From Eledone cirrhosa (taxonomy: Eukaryota): a stretch of DNA of 64,000 nt. Both the position numbers and the translations under genes were made by a program. How positions within the stretch are numbered: the first letter of the stretch is position 1; every line of letters starts with the position of its first letter. The stretch lies in assembly GCA_964016885.1 (NCBI GenBank), contig OZ024740.1, forward strand, positions 166,904,001-166,968,000, given 5' to 3'. The notes beneath the pieces are model-generated. The model made no database searches, was not told where the DNA came from, and was given only the letters and a program-made list of their open reading frames with translations. Below, one piece after another: positions 14,437-28,219 of this stretch.

Positions 14437-17400
14437 TTTCATTTATTGGCCACAAGGGCCGACATATAGGGGACAATACAAAAGACAGGGACAGAGGGGT
14501 TTTACAGAAAAATAGAGTAAACAATATGAATAAACAAAGTAACAATAACAAAGTAACAGTAAAGTAACAATAAAATTACAAAAGGAAAACAATTCTCCAA
14601 TAGTGGGGATGACCACCTAGGGTTCGCTCAGGTACTCTACCAATCCTGAACGATCCGACGCTTCGAGAGCACCTTGGAAGGGCACCCCTCTCCTCTTCAA
14701 ATTTACCTACCTACAGCCGCATGACCAGAGTAGGCCCACTCACACGGGCCATTCTCGCCACATTCACCCACCTTTCAGCAAATGTACTGGAGGGCAGCAC
14801 TTTTCTCTCCACTCTCACCTTCCTTTCCAAGTGAAACTTGAAAAAGTTGATGAGGGATTGGCCGAAGAGAAAAGTGTCTGTCTTCAGTCCTTTCAACCTC
14901 GTCCACCAGACAACCTCTTTCGCTACTGCCACCAGACAGAGGAAAATTGCCTGCCCTTTCTGGCCAAAAAAAGGCGGCGGGTCGATCTTCACTATGGACT
15001 CGGCCGATAGCGGGATCCGTTCTACACGCGACAACAGGGGTTCAACATAATTCTACAAGTCAGTAATGCACGGACACTGGACGAGTGCGTGCAGAACGGT
15101 TTCGTCGCTCTGCGCGCATCTCGGGCTGGTCCGTCCGACAGCACTTCCATGCCTGTAGAGTTTATCTCGAACCGGCAGTGCACCCCGGTAGCACTGCCAA
15201 GCGAGAGATTTTTGGAAATTATCCATCGTCCCCGGCACGAAGTTCTTCCGGTACAGACTAGTTAGTTCGACTTCGTTGACTCCCAGAGTCTCTCCGAGTG
15301 CGTCGTCGCACTTGCCCACCACTAATCCTCTATAGAACTCGAGAGTGAAAGTTCCACTGACCGCATTGCCCGCCTGGTAGAGGGCAGTGAGTGCCTGGCA
15401 ACATTCCAGATGCCAGTCACGCAGTCTCGGTCTCTTCTTGACCCAGGACTGCAACTCAGTCAAAGAAACGAGCTGCGGAAAGGCCCGTCTGACAAACGGC
15501 GACCACACCTGTTCACCGTTTAGGCAGAATATTTGGAGATGCCGCAGCCTCAGCGCGTGCCTGCGCATCATTAGCCACGGCATGCCCAGCCGTCCACGTA
15601 GAGCGTGCTGGCAGCAGATGGACCGCCTCACCAGCGGAACCTGACCCTCCACAAGAATTTGAAGAGGAGCCGCTCCAAGATGGCGAGGCGCGAACGGGGG
15701 CAAGGGTCGACAGTCAGACGGTAGTAGATGACGGACGCGATGTACGCGTACGCCACCTCCGCCCGACCTTTCAGTGATAGCTTCATCCCAGCCCATTTCT
15801 GGGTGAGACTGACTATCCTGCCCGTCACCTCGTCCCAATTCTTATCCACCTGGAGGTCTGACCCGACCCAAACCCCTAGCAACTTTACCGGTCCGTCCGT
15901 CGAGCGCCTAACGACGCTGTTGGACGGCATGGACTTGCCTCTCCAGGTGCCGAGTTGCAAGCCTACTGACTTTTCCGGGTTAAGTTTTGCTCCCGTCAAC
16001 CATTCATATTCCTACAATAAGTCGCCGACCACCTCGATTTCTGAGGTGTCCGACACTATCACGGTGATGTCGTCCGCTTAAGCCGACACAGCCTTTCCGC
16101 GTCCAGGTTCGAGGGGGATGCGCTGCAACAGCTCCAGCTTCCGCAGTAAAGGCTCAAGAGTCAATACATACAGAAGGGAGGAGAGAGGGCACACTTGACG
16201 GACCGATCGGAAGACCTGAAACGGTTCAGAGAGGTGGCCATTAATTTTGACTATCGAGAAGGTGCCGCTGTGCATTGCAGCGATCCAGCATCTGAAGACG
16301 GGGCCGAAGCCAGCCGGCTTGAGGACAGCCTGCAGGTACCTATGATCGACCCTATCGAATGCTTTCGAATGATCTAAATTGATCAGAGCCCTACCGAAGC
16401 GAGGTTTACACCCTACCCTTTCTATGATGTATCGCATTAGGTGGAGGTTGTCGTGTATGGACCTGGTTGGGATTGCACAAGTTTGTGCCTCCCCAACCAA
16501 ATCCCCGACAAGCGCCAACCTCTTCGCTAACACCCTGGCCAAAATCTTAAACTCTGTGTTGAGCAGAGTTATGAGCCTGAAATTGTCTAATGTGTCCCTC
16601 TTGGTCTCGTCTTTCGTTATCAGCGTCACTACGCCCCGGCTCGCAGAACTGGGAATACTCCCGTTTTGCTGCCAGTTGCAGTAGAGGGTTTCGAGGAGTT
16701 TGGAGAACAAGTCTGGCATATTTACGTAAAGCTCGTAGGGCAAACCATCCAAACCGAGTGACTTGCGCCTGATGCAGCCTACAAGGGCATCCTGAATCTC
16801 GGCTGAAGTAATTGGCCTTTTGGCTGCGCCCAGCGTCAGCCGTCGAGAGTTGCGGCAAGCCATCGAGGTAGGGACTGAAGTCCGCCACCATCTCTGACCC
16901 GCCACTTCCCCCGAACAACCGAGCAAAATGTTGGCGAAAGGCCTCACACATCTGCTTGGAATTGCTCAGCTCTTGTCAAAATTAATGGCCACCTCTCTGA
17001 ACCGTTTCAGGTCTTCCGATCGGTCCGTCAAGGGTGCCCTCTCTCCTACCTTCTGTATGTATTGACTCTTGAGCCTTTACTGCGGAAGCTAGAGCTGTTG
17101 CAGGGTATCCCGCTCGAACCGGGACGCGGAAAGACTGTGTCGGCTCATGAGGACGACGTCACCGTGATGGTGTCGGACACCTCAGAAATCGCGGTGGTCG
17201 GCAACTTATTTTAGGAATATGAAAGGTTGACGGGAGCAAAACTTAATCCGAAGAGGTCGGTAGGCTTGCAACTCGGCACCTGGAGAGGCAAGGCCATGCC
17301 ATCTAACAGCGTCGTTAGGCGCTCGACGGACGGACCGGTAAAGTTGCTCGGGGTTTGGTTCGGGCCAGACCTCCAGGTGGATAAGAATTGGAGCGAGGTG

Positions 17401-18491
17401 ACGGGCAGGGTAGCCAGTCTCACCCAGAAATGGGCTGGGATGAAGCTATCACTGAAAGGTCGGGCGGAGGTGGCGAACGCGTACATCGCTTCAACATGGA
17501 CCTCTCAAACAAAGATGAAAAGGTTGACTCAGGCATGGAAGCTCATCAAGCAAGAGCAAACTTGGGCCAACTTAACTGTCCCGGTAGAAGCTATTGAGGC
17601 AGTGGAGCGCAAAACGGTGCATTATAGATGTGGTGTCTTCTGGGATGGGTGATTGTGGAGGGGACTGATACAGTCCCTATAGAAGTGACCAGAACGGCCA
17701 GAGAGGACTGGTCCGGGGTTGACCTAGAGATCCTTCTCCAGATCAGGCCCGAGAATGTGAAGACAATCCCAGACCACATCCGCCTTCAGAATGGGACTGT
17801 CATTCACATTTTGACCGAAGGCAAAAGGCCGCAGTGTTTTGTTTGTGGGGAAAAAACCCATTTGCGAGCCTTCTGCCCTCAACTGCTGAAAGAGGCAAGG
17901 GGTCGAAAGGCTCCACTGCTGCCGACGCCGGGGCGAGGACCACAACTAACACTTGCACCGGCAAAACCACCAACAACAACACCAATAGAAAGACCACCAC
18001 CAACATTGACCACAGAGGGGGGAAACGAGGAAAGCTGTCAAATTCCCCCTCCCCCCAAAAATACACACACCAATAAAACCTTAAACATACATACAGACAC
18101 ACTTACAGAAACAGACTCCTCATCTACCAGTAGTGAAAATGAGGGACATCCAAAATCCCCCAAAATACAAAAAAGGAAACACAAAAAGAAAAAAAAAAAA
18201 ATCAACAAAGAACAAAAGCACCCACAATAAAAAACGCAGACATCTCTCCAATAACACCAACATCAACACCACCATCACCATCACCATCTCCAGAATCCCC
18301 CAAACGCAAACAACCGAAACAGACGCAAGAACAAATATACACACAAACATCTGAATATTATACTTTCCCCTTCACAGGACAAAGTCTAAGGGCTTATATC
18401 CCTTACACAACAAGAAATATTTAACAACAAATAATTTAAACAGGCAAATAAAGCGACTTACTGTGAGCGAGCAAAATACGTCGCTTAGACC
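14437..18491 (-). mobile_element. Tx1/L1-clade LINE family A, internally rearranged copy
   Basis: ORF2 RT and C-terminus on the - strand 14437-16977; + strand patchwork of ORF2 and ORF1 pieces 16975-18355; 5'UTR back on the - strand 18354-18491; closely similar to 24516-30367. Confidence 0.9.
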
Positions 18492-18507
18492 AATAATAAT
18501 AATAATC

Positions 18508-18624
18508 ATTGGTTCTACTATTGGCACAAGGCCAGCAATTACGCAGTACATTACTAGTACTTTATATTATCGACCCCGTAAGGATGAAAGGCAAAGTTAA
18601 CCTCGGCAGGATTTGAACTCAGAT
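18508..18624 (-). mobile_element. SINE 3' part between two Tx1 LINEs
   Basis: B-box to tail of the SINE family, flanked by (AAT)n. Confidence 0.85.
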
Positions 18625-18877
18625 AATAATAATAATGACAATAATGGTTTCTTTATTGGCCACAATGGCTGACACGAAGAAAACCATTAGAGACGGCAAA
18701 GAACAGTACAGGACGTTGCAAATTGGGTTTTGGTCGTTTAAACAGGTTATAACAAAATTGGGCTAGAAATCCAAAAAATTCAAACAACAAAAATTCCCCA
18801 AGAAGGGGGAAACTTCCGAGGGTCACTCGTGATAAGAACCACACAAAAGACAAAGACCACCCTGACCACTCCCCAGT

Positions 18878-21800
18878 CTACAGGCGTATACTCAGAGCGG
18901 GTTCGTTTACTCGGACATGACTCGCCACTTTCACCCACCTTTCAACAAACATACTAGAAGACAGCACTTGCCTCTCCACCCTGATTTTCCTCTTCAAGTG
19001 AAATTTGAAAAAGTTAATCAGGGATTGGCCGGAGAGGAAAGTGTCCGCTTCAACCCTTTCAATCTTGTCCACCACACAATCTCTTTCGCCATGGTCACCA
19101 GGCAGATGTTAACTGCCTGCCATTCCTCCTCTTTAAAGGAGGATGGCGGGGCTATTTGCACAATGGACTCAGTCGATAACCGAATCCGTCCTACACGCGA
19201 CAGCAGCTGTTCGACATAGCTCCACAAGTCAGCAATCCTCGACACTGAAAGAGTGCGTGCAGGTTGGTTTCGGCGCCCTGAGCGCACCTCGGACAGGCTC
19301 GGCTGACAGCATCTCCGTGACTGTAGAGCTTATCCCGAACCGGCAACGCTCCCCGGTAGCAGTGCCAGGCCAGGGATTTCTGGAAGTTATCCATAGGCCC
19401 CGGTCTGAAAGTTCTCTTGAAGAGAGAGAACAGCTGATCGTCTTCGACGCCCAGGGTCTCACCGAACCTCGTCGTTCTTTCCTTCCACTAGCCCTCTATA
19501 GAACGCCGAGGTGGATGTTCCACCGATATAAGTGCCCAGCCAGTAGAGGGCGGTGAGCGCTTGGAGACATTCCAGCTCCCACATTATCCCTCGGTCTTTT
19601 CCTGATCCAGGACTGCAGCTCCGTCAAGGAGACGAGCTGGGGAAAAGCACGTCTGGCAAACGGCGACTACACCTGTTCACCGTCAAGGAATCACCAGAGA
19701 TATCGCAGCCTCAGCGCAAGTTTGAACATCATCAGCCACGGCATGCCTAGTCCTCCATGCAACACGTGTTGGAAGCAAATGGATCGTCTGACCATGGGAG
19801 CACGTCCATTACACGAAAAGCGGAAGAGAAGGCGCTCCATTTTGGTAAGAGTTGGGCGGGGGCAAGGTACGGCGGTCAGTCAGGCGGTAACAGATGACGG
19901 ACGCTATGTACGCATTCGCCACCCCAGCCCGACCTTTCAGAGACAGCCTCCTCTCGGCACATTTCTGGGTGAGAGAGGCCATCCTGCTCGTCACGTCGCT
20001 CCAGTGTTTCTCCATCTGGAGGTCCGGACCTAACCAGAACCCGAGCAATTTAACCGTGTCTTCCGTCCAGCGCCCCACGACGCTGTCGGACGGCATGGAC
20101 TTGCCTCTTCAGGTGCCGAGTTGCTAGCCCACCGACTTTTCCTGGTTTATCTTTGCTCCTGTCACCGCTTCGTATTCCTTGAGAGCGGTGCCGAGCATCT
20201 GGACGTGTTTGGTGCTCGATATCACCACGGCGACGTCGTCAGTGTAAGCTCACGGATCTCCCGCATCTCTGTTCGCGTGGGACCCCCCTCATAGTCTCCA
20301 ATTTGTGAAGTAACGGCTCGAGGGCCAGTACGTACATGAGTGACGGGAGGGCGCAACCCTGGCGGACCGAGCGCATGACGCTGAACGGCTGCGACAGATG
20401 ACTATTCACCCTCACAATCGAGCCAATGTCACTGTGCATCGCAGCGATCCAGCCCGAAGCCGGCCGCCTCGAGGACCGCATCCAGGTACCGATGGACGAC
20501 CCTATCAAATGCTTTAGATTGATCCAAGTTGATCAGGGCCTCACCCGTGCCAGGTTCCTTAACCACTCTCTCTATGATGTATCGCATGAGATGGAAGTTG
20601 TCGTGGATGGATCTGTCCGGGATTGCGCATGTCTGAGCCTCTCCCACCAGATCACCGACGACAAGCGACAATCTCTTTGCTAACACCTTGGCCAAAATCT
20701 TAAACTCTGCGTTTAGCAGAGTTATGGGCCTGAAGTTGTCTATAACGTCCCCCTTGTTCGGGTCTTTTCTCAGCAGCGCCACCGCTCCCCGACTCACAGA
20801 ACTGGGAATGCTCCCGTTCTGCTGCCAGTTGCAGTAGACATCTGCCAAGAGGTCGCCGAACAAGTCTGGCATATACGCATAAAGCTCGTAGGGTAGACCA
20901 TCCAAACCTGGTGATTTACCCGTCGTGCCGTCAGACATCACGCCCGGTATTTCACCTGCTGTTATCGGCTTTTTGCAGCACTGCGCTGCGGTCGTCGAGA
21001 GCCGCGGCAGTCCCTCGAGGAATGCACCGAAGTCCATACTCCGATCCGGCCCGCCGCCACTCCCGAACAATTGAGCAAAGTGCTGTTGAAAAGCCGCACA
21101 CATCTGCTCGGGTTCGAGCAACATGCTCCCCTTTTGATCAGGCAAAGACCGAATTGTGGTCGTATCTCCACCACCCGGCCCCATTGAACGGCTTTCATCC
21201 CCTCGTGTCTTAGAGCATGCGTTCCAGCTCTGACAACGCAGCCTTCATGCTTTGCAGGTTTCTAACTAACTCTCCCTCTACTCTATTTTCCTCTATCACT
21301 ATTCCTTTGCTAAACCTTATCGATTCTACTCTAATAGCCATTTTCAGAGTAAACCACCACCTCTTCTTGACGATCGCACTCGACAACGCACGCTTAACTA
21401 ATTCGCTAATCCGGTCTATGTAAGCTTTGCGCACCGGGAACGATGCGTTCAGCTTCCAGTAGCCGCGCCCTTGCCTATGGCGTCTATCTAAGTCAACTTC
21501 ACAGATCACAAATTTGTGGTCCGTGTAGTCCACTTCTTTAAATTGTAGACAACCTACACTAGCCTTATCTGTTTCCCTACAGAATACCCTATCTAAATAC
21601 GATCTGGATGACCCGATGCGGTTTGCCCATGTCCAGATTGGCACATTCGGATAAGCCAGTCTATAGCTGTCTGACAGTTCAAAACGTCTGATCAGATTGT
21701 TGAGGCTTTTACACCATCCTGCCCTGTCTGCTAGCCCCACATAATCCCAGCGTGCATCTAAGATACCGTTCCAGTCCCCCACTAACATTAAAGAGCGAGA

Positions 21801-22180
21801 CGTTCCAAGAAAGGTCTAGACGTCTGAAGAAATCTGGCCGTCCTGCCCCTATTGGGGCGTAGACGGCTACATGCCTTCGCTGCCGGTCACGTCCAACAGC
21901 ACCGACTTACATTCTGGGTCCAGGAAGATGGCCCGTATGGCGAGATCCAAGCCTCTCCGAAAAAGCACGGCAACCCCTCCGCCGATCCTGGACGGCTGGG
22001 AGATGCGTATACATCGTAGCCGCCGAAGATCGGTGCGAAGGCTCGTGCTTCAGAGATTCTGGTCTCGCTGATGGCCACCACATTTATGTTTCGTGACCTG
22101 AGGTCGTCGAGTAGGTGACCCTGCTTCCAAGATAACCCCATGCCACGTACATTTATACTGCCTATTCTAAGTACGGTCAT
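18878..22180 (-). pseudogene. Family B ORF2: AP endonuclease, reverse transcriptase, C-terminal Cys/His motif; frameshifted
   Basis: MTVLRIGSINVRG, ISETR, GDWN, SYLDR, TDH, GKSPGLDGLP, FRPITLLN, LDQSKAFDRV, VRQGC, YTDD (~20235-20246), CPRC..ETNLHAL. Confidence 0.88.
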
Positions 22181-22212
22181 GTTGGATGAGAAACGGGGTA
22201 AGTGAGAAAGGA

Positions 22213-24151
22213 TCACTTACCTTGATCGTGTGGTGAAGGAACAGTAGAACCGTCCCTTTGGCTGGCCATGGGTGTTTCCAAGAGGATGTCGGTGCATATC
22301 CTCTTGGTAACCGAGCCTCTGAAGTCTCCAACTGCGTTGGGGAATTTTTGCTTTAAAAGTTTGTAATGTCCTATTGAGATTTCAATGATGCTTATGTTTG
22401 TCGGGAGAGTTCTTGGTGTTGGTCTGGTGTAGTAGTTGTTTTCTGTGATATCTGTGTGCTGCTTTATATGTTGTAAGAGTTTTTATTTGCTATGTTTATG
22501 GCTATGTTTTTGGGGGAGGGGCGATTTTGTTCCTATTTTCTTCTTGTTCTGTTGTGTGTATGTGTTTGTTGTGTTTGCGATGTTGGTGATTTTTGGTGAT
22601 GTTGGTGGTGGTGTGGTTGTTGTTGGTGGTGATGCTTGTGGTGTTGGTGGTGGTGGTGTTGCTGCAAGTCTCCTTGCAGCCTTTACCCCTCTTTGTCTGC
22701 CTTCGCTTTTGGAGGGTGAAGCTGGGGGGGGTGGCCACTTCCCTCCCGCCTCACACTCCATGTCGGACCCCGTGGCGTCCGGGTGGGGCATGAGCTCCAC
22801 TGCTGTTGGTGGTGTTAGTGGAGCCCGTTCCGGCGATTTTAGCTACTACGACTGTTGGTGTTGCCGCCACTGCTGCCACTGCTTTAGTTGTCCGTGGCCT
22901 TGGAATGGGTGCCACGGACGTTGCCATCCGACTCACCATGGAAGTGTCTTCTGCCTCTGTTGCCTGCCCTGCTCCTGGTAGCAGCGGATCAGGCGTCGGA
23001 AGGAGGGTGGCCCTCTTCTTGGATATCTCCTGTAGGCAGAAGCCCCTGAGGTGACCCTTCTGCCCACAGAGATAGCACTTTCGGCGCTTTCCTTCCAGGC
23101 TTATAGGGAGTTGGAGCTCTTCGAGGTCTATGATGTCTGGGATGGCCTCGATGCATTCCTGGTCAGTATGTATTAGGATTTGCATACCTATTAATGACCA
23201 GTTCTCTCTTCCCATTCTCTGTATTTGCAGTCTGGTGGTCTTCTCGATTCCAGCCAGTACAGATTCGGTCAGCCAAGTTATGGACACGTCGGGCGGGACC
23301 TGGGTCACTTTGACCCTCACAATTTTCTGCCCGCAGTAGGAGGGCACCCAGACTATATCCTCACTCTTTAGGGTTTCCAAAGTGTGAGACTTCGCCTCTT
23401 GGGGGGGGGGGGGCAAATTACGTCTACTGTGGCGTACTTTTTGCCTCGGGTGATGTGGGTTTTGCGCGCCCAGACACACTCCAAGGACTTTTGGATTTTA
23501 GCCTCCGTGACTCCCTCCACTCGATGCGAGATTTTGCTTACGGTGCGGTAAGTCACCGTGCGCAGTTGCAGGTCTTTGAAGAAATCGGGTGAAGGTTCCA
23601 AGGAAACTCTGTTATCGTTTCTCGACACCATGGCTCTTGCGACTGCCATCTCCTCCTCCATGACTAGCACTGTTTCTATATTTCGGCCCACACCTGCGAA
23701 AGAAGTGGCCCCCTTTTTCAGCAGCACCGTTATTGCTGCCGCGCTACTGGTCTTGTTATTGGCGTTGTTGCTGTTGCTACTGCTACAAACGGTGTTGTTG
23801 GTGGTGGTGTTGTTATCACTGGTGTAATTGGTTATGTTTTTGGTGCCACCATTGTTGTTGTTGTTTTCGGTACAATTTGTATTGTTGCTGTTGTCGTTGT
23901 TTATTTTCTTGTTAGTGGTGTTAATATCGTTGTTGCATGTGTTGTCATTTTTTTCTGTTGTCTGTATTTTAGTTGACGTTGTATTGTTGGAGTTGGTGTG
24001 GTAATGTTTCCGAAATTAGTGTTCTCAGTGTTATCTTTGTTCATATTGTTTGTAGTGGTGTCTCTTGTAACAATGTTTGTCACCCTCCTCTCAACTTCTA
24101 CGCCGTTTTCAGATGACAGCAGACATATTGCTGGGGGCGTGGCTCAGCCAT
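22213..24151 (-). pseudogene. Family B ORF1: Gag-like RNA-binding protein with CCHC knuckle and Thr/Asn-rich low-complexity regions; frameshifted
   Basis: MAEPRP start, SFAGVG, CYLCGQKGHLRGFC, ends ...QGK*. Confidence 0.75.
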
Positions 24152-24378
24152 ATTTTGTTTGTCTGTTTGTTTTTTAAACACTTTTTTTTTAAAGTAAAAT
24201 GTTCAAATATTTGGGGCAAAAGGCCCAAATATTATACTTTCTCCTTCACAAGGCGGAGTCCAAGGGCTTAAATCCCTTACACAACAAGAAATATTTAACA
24301 ACAAATAATTTTAACAGGAAAATAAAGCGACTTACTGGGAGCGAGCAAAATACGTCCGAAAAGACCGTAATAATAATA

Positions 24379-24472
24379 TTTGTTTCTACTTTTGGCACAA
24401 GGCTAGCAATTACCCAGTGTATTACTGGTACTTTATTTTATCGGCCCCGTAATGATGAAAGGCAAAGTTAAC
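24379..24472 (-). mobile_element. SINE 3' part between two Tx1 LINEs
   Basis: Core-to-tail segment of the SINE family, followed by (AAT)n 24473-24516. Confidence 0.85.
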
Positions 24473-24516
<44 letters not shown>

Positions 24517-24765
24517 TTCATTTATTGGCCACAAGGGCCGACATATAGGGGACAATACAAAAGACTGGGACAGTGGGGTTTTACAGAAAAATCGAGTAAA
24601 CAATATGAATAACAATAACAAAGTTGCAATAAAATTACAAGAAAAAATTCCCCAATAGGGAGGATGACCTACCAGGGTTCGCTCAGGTACCCCACCAATC
24701 CTGAACGACCCGACGCTTCGAGAGCACCCTGGAAGGGTACCCCTCTCCTCCTCAAATTTACCTAC

Positions 24766-27700
24766 CTACAGCCGCATGACCAGAGTAGGCCCACTCACAC
24801 GGGCCATTCTCGCCACATTAACCCACCTTTCAGCAAATGTACTGGGGGGCAGCACTTCTCTCTCCACCCTCACCTTCCTTTCCAAGTGAAACTTGAAAAA
24901 GTCGATGAGAGATTGGCCGAAGAAAAAAGTGTCTATCTTCAGTCCTTTCAACCTCGTCCACCATACAACCTCTTTCGCTACTACCACCAGACAGAGGAAA
25001 ATTGCCTACCCTTTCTGGCCAAAAGAAGGCGGCGGTCGATCTCACTATGGGCTCGGCCGGTAGCCGGATCCGTTCTACACGAGACAACAGTTGTTCAACA
25101 TAACTCCACAAGTCAGTAATGCATGGACACTGAACGAGTGCGTGCAGAACGGTTTCGTCGCTCTGCGCGCATCTCGGGCAGGTACGTCTGACAGCACTTC
25201 CGTGCCTGTAGAGTTTATCTCGATCCGGTAGTGCCCCCGGGTAGCACTGCCAAGCGAGGGATTTTTAGAAATTATCCATCGTCCCCGCTTCGAAACTCCT
25301 CCGGTACAGACTGGTTAGATCGACTTCGTTGACTCCCAGAACATCTACGAGTGCGTCGTCGCACTTGCCCACAACTAATCCTCTATAGAACACGAGAGTG
25401 AAAGTTCCACTGACCGCATTGCCCGCCTGGTAGAGGGCAGTGAGTGACTGGCAACATTCCAGATGCCAGTCACGCAGTCTCGGTCTCTTTTTGACCCAGG
25501 ACTGCAACTCAGTCAAAGAAACGAGCTGCGGAAAGGCCCGTCTGACAAACAGCCACCACACCTGTTCACCGTTTAGACAGAATATCTGGAGATGCCGCAG
25601 CCTCCACGCGTGCCTGCGCATTATTAGCCACGGCATGCCTAGCCCTCCACGTAGAGGGTACTGGCAACAGATGGACCGCTTCACCAGCGGAACCTGCCCC
25701 CTCCACAAGAATTTGAAGAGGAGCCGCTCCAAGATGGCGAGGCGCGAACGGGGGCAAGGGTCGACAGTCAGACGGTAGTAGATGACGGACGCGATGTACG
25801 CGTTCGCCACCTCCGCCCGACCTTTCAGTGATAGCTTCATCCCAGCCCATTTCTGGGTGAGACTGGCTACCCTGCCCGTCACCTCGCTCCAATTCTTATC
25901 CACCTGGAGGTCTGGCCCGAACCAAACCCCGAGCAACTTTACCGGTCCGTCCGTCCAGCGCCTAACGACGCTGTTAGATGGCATGGTCTTGCCTCTCCAG
26001 GTGCCGAGTTGCAAGCCTACCGACTTCTTCGGATTAAGTTTTGCTCCCGTCAACCTTTCATATTCCTAAAATAAATTGCCGACCACCGCGATTTCTAAGG
26101 TGTCCGACACCATCACGGTGACGTCGTGCTCATGAACCGACACAGTCTTTCCGCGTCCCGGTTCGAGCGGGATACCCTGCAACAGCTCTAGCTTCCGCAG
26201 TAAAGGCTCGAGAGTCAATACGTACAGAAGGGAGGAGAGAGGGCACCCTTGACGGACCGATCGGGAGACCTGAAACGGTTCCGAGAGGTGGCTATTAATT
26301 TTGACCATGGAGCAGGTGCCGCTGTGCATTGCAGCGATCCAGCTTCTGAAGACGGAGCCGAAGCCAGCCGCCTTGAGGACAGCATCCAGGTACCGATGGT
26401 CGACCCTATCGAATGCTTTCGATTGATCTAAATTGATCAGAGCCCCACCGAAGCCAGGCTTACACCCTACCCTCTATATGATGTATCGCATTAGGTGGAG
26501 GTTGTCGTGTATGGACCTGGTTGGGATTGCGCAAGTTTGCGCCTCCCCAACCAAATCCCCGACGACAAGCGCCAACCTCTTCTCTAACACGCTGGTCAAA
26601 ATCTTAAACTCTGTGTTGAGCAGTGTTATGGGCCTGAAATTCTTTAATGTGTCCCTCTTGCTCTCGTCTTTCCTTATCAGCGTCACTACGCCCCGGCTCA
26701 CAGAACTGGGAATACTCCCGTTTTGCTGCCAGTTGCAATAGAGGGCTTCGAGGAGATTGGAGAACAAGTCTGGTATATTTACGTAAAGCTCGTAGGCAGA
26801 CCACCCAAACCGGGTGACTTCCGGCTCGTGTAGCCGACAAGGGCATCCTGAATCTCGGCTGAAGTAATTTGCCTTTCGCCGCGCCCAGCGTCAGTCGTTC
26901 GAGAGTTGCGGTAAGGCATCGAGGTAGGGACTGAAGTCCGCCACCATCTCTGACCCGCCACTTACCTCGAACAACCGAGCAAAATGTTGGCGAAAGGCCT
27001 CACACATCTGCTTGGAATCGCTCAGCTCTTGTCCGTCTCGGTCCCTCAAAGACCGAATCGTGGTTTTATTACCACGCTGCGCCTCTGCCACGCGGGCCCA
27101 TCGAACAGCTTTGGTTCCCTCGTTTCTCAGAGCACGCGCGTTATCTCCGACAATGCAACCTTCGTGTTTTGCATTGAAGAAATGGTCGAATGCCATTCTC
27201 GCCGCTAGCACGCCAGTTGCAATGTCACTACAAATAGCCTCGTCTAACTTATCTACCAATTCCCCTCCTTTCTATTTTCCCCTAACGTTACTTCGTTGCT
27301 AAACTCTATCGACATTACTCTAATCTCTCTTTTAATAGACCCCCCCCCCCCTATCTATTGTTGACGACTCACCCTGTCAATTTTATCTTAACTAAATTGT
27401 TGACCTGGTCCCTGTAAGCCTTACGTGCCGGAAATGACATGTTTAGCGTCCAGTAACCAGGTCCTAACCTACGCGTCTTATCTAGGTCGATCATACAGAT
27501 CACAAACTTGCGATCTGAATAGGCGACCGTTTCAAAACGTGGACAGCTAACACTATTTCTGTCTATTTTGCTAATGAATATCCTGTCTATATACGATCTA
27601 GATGACCCTATGCGTTTAGTCCAGGTCCACACTGGCGCATTAGGGAAATCTAGTCGGTACCTGTCAGACAGTTGGAACTGGCTGATCAGGTTCTTGAGGC

Positions 27701-28183
27701 TTTTGCACCCCCCGCTCCTATCGGATACGCCCTCATGTCCCAGCGTGCGTCTAAGATGCCGTTCCAGTCCCCCGCTAACAGTGAAGGGCGAGACGTACCC
27801 AGAAAGGCTTCCAGGCGTCTAAAGAAGTCCGGCCGTCCAGCCCCAGTAGGAGCATAGACGGCCACCAGTCTAAAGGCACCACCTTCGTTATTGTTCACGT
27901 GCAGGACCACCAACTTCCCGTCCGAGTCCCGGAAGATCGAACTTACCTCGAGATGCAGCCTTTCCTAAACAGCACTGCCACCCCGCCACCCATTCCCGGT
28001 CGGCTAACAGATGCAAAGATCTGATAGTCGTCGAAAATGGGGGCTAGTGCGCGCCTGTCGGAAATCCTGGTCTCGCTGACGGCAATTACATCCATTTCTA
28101 GAGACCTGAGGTCGTTGAGCAGGTGAACCTGCTTCCAGGTCGATCCCTCGAACATTTAAACATCCTACTCTTAATACGGCCAT
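24766..28183 (-). pseudogene. Family A ORF2: AP endonuclease, RT, C-terminal Cys/His motif; disrupted
   Basis: VSETR, AVYAP, GDWNG, SYIDR, FRPITLLN, VRQGCPLS, degenerate YADD (HEHD), several stops and frameshifts. Confidence 0.88.
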
Positions 28184-28219
28184 GTTGGCAGGTTAAAAAG
28201 AGAGAGAGAGAGAAAAGGT

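Larger units (their letters stand above)
18646..24366 (-). mobile_element. Tx1/L1-clade LINE family B, full length but decayed
   Basis: 5'UTR, ORF1, ORF2 and 3'UTR with AATAAA, ending in (ATT)n. Confidence 0.9.

Noticed and set aside
17628-18230. 200-aa + strand ORF with a zinc knuckle as a host gene
   Set aside because: It is an inverted piece of LINE family A ORF1
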